36,240 nt of DNA from an uncultured Actinomycetes bacterium (GTDB lineage Bacteria; Actinomycetota; Thermoleophilia; RBG-16-64-13). Position 1 is the stretch's first letter. The number at the start of each line of letters is the position of its first letter. Of the stretch, positions 17,853 through 25,344 are shown in pieces. Position numbers and translations under genes: made by a program. The stretch is taken from positions 1-36,240 of the forward strand of contig CAVPLM010000022.1 of assembly GCA_963706025.1 (NCBI GenBank), given 5' to 3'. The notes beneath the pieces were generated by a model. The model saw only the letters and a list, made by a program, of their open reading frames with translations. It made no database searches and was not told where the DNA came from.

Positions 17853-19712
17853 CTAGTCCTCGTCGTAGTAGTTGTAGGTGTTGCCGTGCAGGTTGTTGTT
17901 AGCCCCGATCATGGGGTTCGCAGGGTAACCGACGTACAGGCCGAAGTAGTTGCCAGCGCACTCGTTGTTATCGACGGTGCCTGTGGCGCTGTCGCTGAAC
18001 CAAATGCCCGCCTCGGCGTTGCCCAGGCAGAGGTTGTCCTCGACCACAGCGTGCGTATCGTCGTGGACATCGATACCATCACGCTCGTTGTGGGAGCACT
18101 CGTTGCCGCGAATGGTGCCGGTGACATCCTCGCTGAAGGTGATGCCGTCCTCTCCGTTGTAATTGCAGGTGTTGTCTGCGAGCGTAAGCTGCGCGTTATC
18201 GTGAGTCGAGATGCCGTCGATGAGGTTGTAGTTGCATAGGCAATTCCGGACCGTTCCCACCGTGTCTTCCTCGAAGTAGATGCCACTGGCGTAGTCACCG
18301 GCGTCCCCGTTGTGGGAGCAGTTGGAGTTCTGCACCGTCACCTCCGAAGAGTCGTAGGCGGAGACCCCGTGAAGACCGTTGTCGACGCAGTCGCACAGGT
18401 CGACGACTGCCGAGGAGTCGTCAAAAAGCCCTATGCCGTTCTCCCCGTTGTCCGACATGATGCTGTTGGTGACGGTGGCAGAGGCCTGATCGACCAACTC
18501 GACACCGTGGAGGTCGTTCAGGGTGAACACGCAGTCGGTCACAGTCGCTTCGGCGGATCCGTAGAGATACAGCCCAGCCCCACGCTGGTTGCTGGATCTG
18601 TTGCCTCCCGAGAAGTGGCAGCGAAGCAGATCGACGGTCGCATCTCCGACGTCCATGACGTTCACGGCCTTGCTTGTCGCGGTGCACACGAACCGGATGT
18701 CTTGAGCTGAGAAGCTGACCGAGTGGACGTCTACCACCCAGCCCGCGTATGTGACCGTGCTGCTGTTCGGCCCCTCCATCCCGCTTCCCGCGAGATTGAA
18801 CGAGAAGTCGACGAGGATCATCTTGGTCAGGTTGAAGGTGCCAGGTCCCAGATGGATGGTGGTGCCGGGATCGATGTCGGCCACAGCGGCCTCGATGGTT
18901 GGATAGTCACCGCTACCGTCGGCATACACCCACACCCCGGACGGGGTAAGCAGGTTCAGCAGGTTCCACAGTATCTGGGCCACCTCGCCCCGGGTGGCGT
19001 TGGCCCCGGTGTTCCAGCCGGCCAGGCCGGGGGTGGCAAGAGAAGCCCGGATGCCTTCGAGCAGGCCGTTGTACTCGGCCTTCTGGATGTTGGCCCCGTG
19101 GGTGGGGTCTCCGGCGGGAAGCACCCCCCCGGTCCAGCCCGCGGGTGCGGCCGTGAGGGCGCCGGGGGCCAGGTTATCGGCGGCCCGCACCACCATGCTG
19201 ATCACCTGCTGGCGGGAGATGTTGCGGGTGGGGGCGAAATGGGTGGCGTCGGTGCCCTTGGTGATGTTGTTAAGGGCGCACACAGCTACGTATTCGTGGG
19301 GATAGAGCTTGGCCGGGTCGTCGGGGTCCAGGTCGACAAAAGGCACGGCCGGGTTCGGCCAGTCGCTCTCTGCCACCGGCAGATCCAGAGTGAGCACGAT
19401 CATCTTGGCGAACTGCTGGCGGATGACCAGGTCCTCGGGACCGAAGTTGCCGTTGGTGTAGCCCCCGATGATGGCCTGGTCGGCCATACCGGTGATGGCG
19501 TCGTAGTAGGGGTGGGAGGCAGGGACGTCGGGGAAGGCTAAGGCGGGGGAGGCGAGGAGTAGGACCAGGACCGCGGCCAGCAAGACCGCTCCCGTGATCC
19601 CGAATCTAGCGCGGCGTGTTGGGCCCTTGGGGCGTGTCGCCCCGCCCAAAGTGGGCCCTGGTGGCGCATCATGGCGGTCGTGAAGGTGATCAGCTGTGCG
19701 GTGGTCGACCAT
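17853..19712 (-). CDS. Cell-surface protein: signal peptide, S-layer homology domains and a right-handed parallel beta-helix
   Basis: PALA-FPDVPASHPY...IIGGYTNGNFGP...RQQFAKM and TRGEVAQIL SLH motifs; GDYPTIEAAV...PGTF followed by many xNxxxxNxxxGI coils. Confidence 0.85.
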   Translation of the reverse strand: MVDHRTADHLHDRHDAPPGPTLGGATRPKGPTRRARFGITGAVLLAAVLVLLLASPALAFPDVPASHPYYDAITGMADQAIIGGYTNGNFGPEDLVIRQQFAKMIVLTLDLPVAESDWPNPAVPFVDLDPDDPAKLYPHEYVAVCALNNITKGTDATHFAPTRNISRQQVISMVVRAADNLAPGALTAAPAGWTGGVLPAGDPTHGANIQKAEYNGLLEGIRASLATPGLAGWNTGANATRGEVAQILWNLLNLLTPSGVWVYADGSGDYPTIEAAVADIDPGTTIHLGPGTFNLTKMILVDFSFNLAGSGMEGPNSSTVTYAGWVVDVHSVSFSAQDIRFVCTATSKAVNVMDVGDATVDLLRCHFSGGNRSSNQRGAGLYLYGSAEATVTDCVFTLNDLHGVELVDQASATVTNSIMSDNGENGIGLFDDSSAVVDLCDCVDNGLHGVSAYDSSEVTVQNSNCSHNGDAGDYASGIYFEEDTVGTVRNCLCNYNLIDGISTHDNAQLTLADNTCNYNGEDGITFSEDVTGTIRGNECSHNERDGIDVHDDTHAVVEDNLCLGNAEAGIWFSDSATGTVDNNECAGNYFGLYVGYPANPMIGANNNLHGNTYNYYDED

Positions 19713-19835
19713 TTGAACCCTCCATCATGTCGCTCTTTCGCGGGTCGGCTCTCCAGGGTGGATAGCCTCAGAGTCCCAACGCGAGAGTATGACCGCGAGG
19801 ACGAAAGCGCAAGCCCTTTCGAATCGGGCGAAGCG

Positions 19836-21515
19836 TTATCGCGAAAGAAGACCCGTCTGCTCGGTCGAGCGCACCCGGATGGCAGCCTCGTTGGCGACGG
19901 GGCATTGGTACTCGCAGATGCCGCACCCGATACAGCGCTCGGGGACCACGTAGGGGAGCTTGACACCCGCGTGCCGTCCGGTCCCGCTGCCACTGCCGGA
20001 GCCGGTCCCGCTACCCTGCCCGGTCCCGGTGCCGCTACCCTGCCCGGTGCCGCTACCCTGGCCGGCACCGCTGCCCTGCCCGGCACCACTTCCGCCGGTG
20101 TCGAAGATGATCGCCTTCTCCGGGGTGGGGCAAAGCTCCTGGCACACCAGGCAGTCGCGTCCCTCCGCCCAGGGGATGCAGGTGTTGCGGTCGATGTAGG
20201 CGCGGCCGATCACCTTGAGCCTCTTCTCCTCCAGCGTGAGCTCGTGGATGGCCTGGGTGGGGCAGACCTTGCCGCATTCGTTGCAGCTCCAATCGCAGTA
20301 ACCGCGACGGAAGTCCATCTGTGGAGTGAAGAAACCTTCCACGCCGGCGTCGAAGACCGCCGGCTGGATGACGTTGGTGGGACACCCCTTCATGCACTGG
20401 GCGCAGCGCGCACAGGTAGCCATGAAGTCCAACTCGGTGCGGGCCCCGGGAGGCCTGATGAGATGCGGGTTTCGCTGGATGCGTCCCAGTCCGGTGAATA
20501 GGAAGAAACTCCCTACGAAGGCCAGACCCCCGGCCTTGAGCAGGGCCCGCCGGCTGGGGTCGTATGCGTGCTGCTTGCGGGGCCTGCGGCCCCAACGGAT
20601 GGCTCCTTTGGAGCAGGCGTCGGCGCACTCGAGACCCAACTGACAGCGGGAGCAGTCGGTGGAGGAGCCGCCGTCGCGGACGGCGTCCATGGGACAGGCG
20701 GCGACACAAGCTTCGCACGTGGCGCACACGCGGTCGTTGACTACGCGGCCGTAGATGGCGCCCCGGCCGACCAAGCCCAGGAGGGCGCCCAAGGGGCAGA
20801 GGTGGCGGCACCACAGACGGCGTTCTATGAAAGAGATGGCGAGTATGCCTACAAACATCGCCAACATGACTAGTTGCAGCTTGTAGGCGAGTCCGTTGGC
20901 GAAGACCAGCCGCCCGGTGAGGATCTCAGTAGCGCGATCGACGGCGCCTTGCAGTGGGGGGATCTCGTAAGCGACATCACCGACCAGCCTCAAGCCCCTA
21001 TCGACGGCGGGATAGAGGAGGGTAGTCGCCGAGCGGGTGAACAGGGAGAGCGGGTCGAACACGAGGAAGACCGCGCTCCCGAAGAGGATCAGGAACAGCA
21101 CCACCACCAGCACGAACAGGGGCATCTTGCGCAACACCGTGCGGGCTCGCGGCCCCGGGTGGCGCTCGCGCCGCGGCCCGAACAGCTCCACCATGAATCC
21201 GAGAGGACAGACGTAGCCGCAGAAGGCCCGGCCAAGGAACAGAGGGCTCACCAGTACTGGGATCGCCAGCAGGAACTCCCACCGGATCACCCCATTCACC
21301 ACAGAGTTGATGGCCAGCAGCGGATCGGCGAGTAGAAAACCGCTGAGGAGGATGGTGCCGAGGGGCCAGAAGGTCAGGGTCAGAAGGACAAGGAAGAGGA
21401 TAAGGAACAGGATTTGGAAAACGCGCCTATGGCGGTGAAGGCCGCGAGGGCGGCCCTTCGCCCGGGTCGGGGAGGCGTCGGTCGGACCGTGGTAGGTCGG
21501 CTCGAGGGCCATCAC
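19836..21515 (-). CDS. Polytopic membrane polyferredoxin (NapH/MauN-like fused to NapG/MauM-like)
   Basis: GRAFCGYVCPLG and RLWCRHLCPLG CxxxCP motifs, several CxxCxxCxxxCP clusters, IRPPGA, internal SRRALLK. Confidence 0.9.
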   Translation of the reverse strand: MMALEPTYHGPTDASPTRAKGRPRGLHRHRRVFQILFLILFLVLLTLTFWPLGTILLSGFLLADPLLAINSVVNGVIRWEFLLAIPVLVSPLFLGRAFCGYVCPLGFMVELFGPRRERHPGPRARTVLRKMPLFVLVVVLFLILFGSAVFLVFDPLSLFTRSATTLLYPAVDRGLRLVGDVAYEIPPLQGAVDRATEILTGRLVFANGLAYKLQLVMLAMFVGILAISFIERRLWCRHLCPLGALLGLVGRGAIYGRVVNDRVCATCEACVAACPMDAVRDGGSSTDCSRCQLGLECADACSKGAIRWGRRPRKQHAYDPSRRALLKAGGLAFVGSFFLFTGLGRIQRNPHLIRPPGARTELDFMATCARCAQCMKGCPTNVIQPAVFDAGVEGFFTPQMDFRRGYCDWSCNECGKVCPTQAIHELTLEEKRLKVIGRAYIDRNTCIPWAEGRDCLVCQELCPTPEKAIIFDTGGSGAGQGSGAGQGSGTGQGSGTGTGQGSGTGSGSGSGTGRHAGVKLPYVVPERCIGCGICEYQCPVANEAAIRVRSTEQTGLLSR

Positions 21516-21521
21516 GCGCCC

Positions 21522-21567
21522 CCGGTCACCAGAGGCCTCCGGTCACCAGAGACCTCCGGTCATCAGG
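21522..21567. repeat. 17-bp tandem repeat (x2.6) filling the DUF362-polyferredoxin spacer
   Basis: CCGGTCACCAGAG(G/A)CCT at 21522 and 21539, plus CCGGTCATCAGG at 21556. Confidence 0.85.
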
Positions 21568-22648
21568 CGGTCCCCTCGAAGATGGTGTACTTCGACAGGT
21601 CGATCTCGCCGAGACCACGGGAGGCCGCCTCGACCAGACTGGGCAGATCGCCGGGCTGCCAACCCATGATGGTAGTGCCGTACGCATCGACGGCCACCTG
21701 GCTCGTGCCGGCGACGACGGTCTTGGGCATTGCGACGTCGTCCAGGTTCCCGCCCGTAGGGCCGTTCCGGGTCAGGATGCGATATGCGTCGAGGATCACC
21801 AGGTGCGGCTTGACCCGGGTGTTGACGTCGGTGATCTTCTGCGGATAGTCGAGGTGGATCTTCCCTCGGGAATCACCCATGATGCCCATGAGGTTCTTCA
21901 TGGCCAGGGTCAGCCCGGCCATGCCGTGGGTCTTGCCGATGGGGACGTTGATGAGCGTGTCGGCCTCCAGTGCTTCAGTGACCAGCGGCCAGGAGGTGAT
22001 GGCGACGCCCTCGGGAATGTCCACCCGGTCGAAGTCGCGGTTGTTCAGGTACTTGAGCTTGCCGCCCGCCTCGGCGGTAGCCTGCGCCAGGCCCGACTCC
22101 TTGAAGGCGGCCCGGGCGCTGCTGGTGGGATAGTCGAGCACGGTGACCTCGGCCGCGCCTACCTCTAAGCACATGCGGATGATGGTGGAGAGGACGATAG
22201 GGTTGGTGGTGGTGGCATACTCGGGGGGACGACCGGTGAGGACGTTGGGCTTGACCACCACCCGGGCGCCGCTCTTGACGAACCGCTCCATGCCACCGAG
22301 TTGGGCCATCGCCGCGCGTACGTTCTTGTCGGGGAAGTCACCGCGGATGACCGCCAGGTCGGGGGCGGCGGGGGCGGCGGTCGACGTGGTAGAGCCGGAG
22401 CCCGAGGTGGCGGCAGAAGTGGTGGTCTGGCCCGATACGGTTGTCGAACTCTCGGTCTCGACGGAGGTGGAGGTGGTCGTGCCCGGCTCCGCACTGTCTG
22501 TCGTCGCGGGAGATACGACGTCGATGGAGCCCTGGGACTCAGACCAGCGCAGCGCGCGGCCGCAGCCCGAGACCGCTGGGGCGATCCCGGCCAGCACCAG
22601 CCACCGTCCGGTGGAGAGGAGAAAAGTCCTGCGATCCATCTGCAGCAT
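21563..22648 (-). CDS. DUF362 protein with a Tat lipoprotein signal
   Basis: MDRRTFLL...AVSGC, Ser/Thr linker, then LGGMERFV, VVVKPN, TTNP, INVPIGKTH, TLAMKNLMG, VAVDAY. Confidence 0.88.
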   Translation of the reverse strand: MLQMDRRTFLLSTGRWLVLAGIAPAVSGCGRALRWSESQGSIDVVSPATTDSAEPGTTTSTSVETESSTTVSGQTTTSAATSGSGSTTSTAAPAAPDLAVIRGDFPDKNVRAAMAQLGGMERFVKSGARVVVKPNVLTGRPPEYATTTNPIVLSTIIRMCLEVGAAEVTVLDYPTSSARAAFKESGLAQATAEAGGKLKYLNNRDFDRVDIPEGVAITSWPLVTEALEADTLINVPIGKTHGMAGLTLAMKNLMGIMGDSRGKIHLDYPQKITDVNTRVKPHLVILDAYRILTRNGPTGGNLDDVAMPKTVVAGTSQVAVDAYGTTIMGWQPGDLPSLVEAASRGLGEIDLSKYTIFEGTA

Positions 22649-22723
22649 GGCGGCAGTCTAACAGGTCGCGCGCCCAGCGGGCGAGGTCACTGGCTGATCT
22701 GCTGCGGGGTTGCTAGGCGGCGG

Positions 22724-22770
22724 GGGCGGCCACGTCGCAGGGCGGCCACTCGCAGGGCGGCCACGCCGCA
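22724..22770. repeat. 15-16-bp tandem repeat (x3) in the divergent intergenic region
   Basis: GGGCGGCCACGTCGCA, GGGCGGCCACTCGCA, GGGCGGCCACGCCGCA. Confidence 0.85.
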
Positions 22771-22874
22771 GGGCTGACCGGCTGCGGTGCCGCCTTGGTT
22801 TCAACGGCGGCGCCGATGGAGACAACGATTCTGGACGACGCGCTTGCAGCGGACCCAGAGGAGGACTTCGACGG

Positions 22875-23579
22875 ATGAACGGGGAGCAAGGCCAGCCCAT
22901 GGCAGAGACCGATGCGGCCGGCCGTGGAGAGAGCAGCGGCACTGAGAAGCACATCGGCCGGCGGGCCTTCATCGGGCTGATCGTGGCAGGTATAGCGGCG
23001 CTCTTCGTGGGCAAGGAGATCCTTCCCCGGATCCCCACGAGCATCAAGGGCTCGGTGGGCGGAGGAGAGTTCCGCATCAACACGATCGTCCCTGGTGAGG
23101 ATTTCGACCCGAACACCTGGCGTCTGACCGTGGACGGCCTGGTCCGAAACCCGCTCACCCTCACCTTCGCCGAGTTCACCGATCTCCCTCAGGTGGAACG
23201 CACCCGGGACTTCTACTGCGTCGAGGGCTGGGGTGTGCCGGAGGTTAAGTGGAAGGGGGTCACCGTGCGCGAGTTGATGGAGCGCGCCGACATCGACCCG
23301 TTGGCCACCCACCTCGTCTTCGACTCCAACGACGGCGTGTACACCGAGTCGGTGACGCTCGAGGAAGCGCTACGTCCGGACACGCTCCTGGCCCACGAGA
23401 TGAACGGGGCCCCTCTCGAGCCTGGCATGGGACAGCCGCTGCGCTTGGTCCTGCCCGGGAGTTACGCCTACAAGAACATCAAGTGGGTGGTGCGGATGGA
23501 AGCGGTCGCCCTGGGTCCCGAAGGATACAAGGGCTATTGGGAGCAGCGTGGCTACCCGGCCGACGCCACCATCGGCTGA
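22875..23579 (+). CDS. Sulfite-oxidase-family molybdopterin oxidoreductase (MsrP/YedY-like) with a Tat anchor
   Basis: IGRRAFIGL Tat motif, WRLTVDGLV, DFYCVEGW (Mo-ligating Cys), WKGV, GQPLRLVLPGSYAYKNIKW, GYWEQRGY; RBS before ATG22875. Confidence 0.9.
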   Translation: MNGEQGQPMAETDAAGRGESSGTEKHIGRRAFIGLIVAGIAALFVGKEILPRIPTSIKGSVGGGEFRINTIVPGEDFDPNTWRLTVDGLVRNPLTLTFAEFTDLPQVERTRDFYCVEGWGVPEVKWKGVTVRELMERADIDPLATHLVFDSNDGVYTESVTLEEALRPDTLLAHEMNGAPLEPGMGQPLRLVLPGSYAYKNIKWVVRMEAVALGPEGYKGYWEQRGYPADATIG

Positions 23580-24303
23580 GCCGCCACTACCGGTGCCACC
23601 ATCGGCGGAGCCGCCACGGATCCCCCGTTGGGTCCTGGCCGAACGTCTCGCGCACTGGCTCTACGCGCTGTTCTTCCTCATAGCCTTCGTCAGCGGGCTG
23701 CTCATGTGGATACCCGCCACTCGGAGCTGGCTGGGCGGGGCGAGGGAGAGTGTCGCCTTGCGCCACGGGGTCACGGGTTTTGCCATGGTCCTCATACCGC
23801 TGGCTTTGATGCTGATCGCCGACCGGAGACGTCTGGCGCATGACGTCCGCGAGATCGACATGTGGGATGCAAACGACCGCCGTTGGTTCTGGGCGGCGAT
23901 GAAGGGCCGCACGCTGCGGGGCGGTGACATGCCGGCCCAGGGCAGGCTCAATGCCGGCCAGAAGGCCAGCGCCCTGCTGGTGGCGGCCATGGCCCTGGGC
24001 TTCGCCGTCACCGGGAGCCTGCTGCTGGCGAAGGCCGGACTGCCGGCGTGGCTGGTGTCGCGCGCACTGTGGTTGCATGGCTTCCTGGCCATCGCCGGAG
24101 TGGCCGTGCTCGCGGGCCACCTGGCCCACGTCTTCCTAACCCGTCATGGCCGCGGCTACCTGAGCTCGATGATCAGAGGAGCACTTCCGGAGGAGATCGC
24201 CCGCGAGCGCCACCGCACCTGGTGGGAGAAGCACCAGGCAGGGGACAACCCACCGGCAGGGGTTCGCCCACCGGCAGGGAGTCGCCCACCGGCCGGTTCG
24301 TGA
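23548..24303 (+). CDS. Cytochrome b (FdnI/Ni-hydrogenase b-type), four TM helices
   Basis: ERLAHW, LRHGVTG, QGRLNAGQK, WLHGFLA...GHLAH, SMIRG...RERHRTW. The start could be GTG23593. Confidence 0.88.
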   Translation: MATRPTPPSAEPPLPVPPSAEPPRIPRWVLAERLAHWLYALFFLIAFVSGLLMWIPATRSWLGGARESVALRHGVTGFAMVLIPLALMLIADRRRLAHDVREIDMWDANDRRWFWAAMKGRTLRGGDMPAQGRLNAGQKASALLVAAMALGFAVTGSLLLAKAGLPAWLVSRALWLHGFLAIAGVAVLAGHLAHVFLTRHGRGYLSSMIRGALPEEIARERHRTWWEKHQAGDNPPAGVRPPAGSRPPAGS

Positions 24304-24349
24304 TGTAGTAACCTACCCCTTCCTGAACCTCAGCGAAGGGACGTATCCG

Positions 24350-24823
24350 ATGCAAGTCACCCGCGGCAGCGTCGTGAGTTTCAACTACACGCTCACCGAT
24401 GACGAAGGGACCATCCTCGACTCCAGCGAGAACTGCGATCCTCTGGCGTATCTGCATGGCTACGACAACATCATCCCCGGTCTCGAGGGCGCCCTCGAGG
24501 GCGCCGCGGCCGGGCACAAGTCCCAGGTGGTGGTGGAGGCGGCCGATGCGTATGGCGAGGTCGACGAGGAGGCCATCTTCGAAGTCGCGAGAGACCAGTT
24601 CCCCGAGGGCGTGCCGGTGGAGCCGGGAATGCAGTTCCTGGGGGAGACCCCAAGCGGCGACGCGCCCTTCAAGGTGGTGGCCGTGAACGAGACCGGGGTG
24701 GTGGTGGACGCCAATCATCCCCTGGCCGGAAAGAGGCTGCACTTTGACGTGGAAATCGTGGACGTGCGACCCGCTTCCGACGAGGAGTTGGAGCTCGGTT
24801 ATCCACAGTCGGACGAGGAGTGA
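24350..24823 (+). CDS. slyD: FKBP-type peptidyl-prolyl isomerase SlyD (short form without a His-rich tail)
   Basis: YTLTDDEG.ILDSS, PLAYLHGYDNIIPGLE, AYGE, VDANHPLAGKRLHFDVEI. Confidence 0.93.
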   Translation: MQVTRGSVVSFNYTLTDDEGTILDSSENCDPLAYLHGYDNIIPGLEGALEGAAAGHKSQVVVEAADAYGEVDEEAIFEVARDQFPEGVPVEPGMQFLGETPSGDAPFKVVAVNETGVVVDANHPLAGKRLHFDVEIVDVRPASDEELELGYPQSDEE

Positions 24824-24833
24824 GGCTGAGCCG

Positions 24834-25307
24834 ATGGGCGGAGTGGTTCATACATCACGGATAACCATCACCAGGGAGAACGGTCCGACCCGCAAGGCCG
24901 TCATCGAGGGCTTCTGCGAGCCTATCTACTACGGGGTGCACGGAGGGATCAAGAAGTTCTACCGAGTGGATCCTGAAGTGGAGCATGCCGCCACGCTGGA
25001 TCACATCGTGGGGGCGGTCGGTGGCTGAATGATGGGGACACTGGCCACGGCGCTGGCCAGCCGCAAGATCCCTACGCACACCGACCGCTACGAGGCGAAT
25101 GTGGAGGGCGACATCGAAGACGTCGATGGTGTGCTGCGCATCTCCCGGATCCGGGTCGCCTACAAGCTCAAGGTGCCGGCGGGCAAAGCGGAGGAAGCGC
25201 GTGAGGTGTTCTCCGGCTACATCGAAGGCTGCCCGGCCGCCATGAGCGTGTGTGGATGCATCGATATCAGCGATACTCTGGAGATAACCGAGCTCGAGGG
25301 CAGGTAG
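24834..25307 (+). CDS. OsmC-like selenoprotein (Sec at codon 65, TGA 25026-25028), 157 aa
   Basis: ORFs ending at 25028 and starting at 25029 are one frame: ...TLDHIVGAVGG-U-MMGTLATAL...EGCPAAMSV. TGA occupies the first catalytic Cys slot of OsmC/Ohr and a SECIS-like hairpin follows. Confidence 0.85.
25041..25060 (+). promoter_or_regulatory. Bacterial SECIS-like hairpin
   Basis: CTGGCCA-CGGCGC-TGGCCAG: a perfect 7-bp stem starting 12 nt after the UGA, with G at loop position 2. Confidence 0.7.
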
Positions 25308-25344
25308 GGGCGTTTTCGCGGCGGCGGTTCTTGTGAGGTGCGTG

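Noticed and set aside
21522-24300. Short repeats as a CRISPR array
   Set aside because: Units are directly adjacent or have only 2-3 copies, there are no unique spacers, and no cas genes are present.
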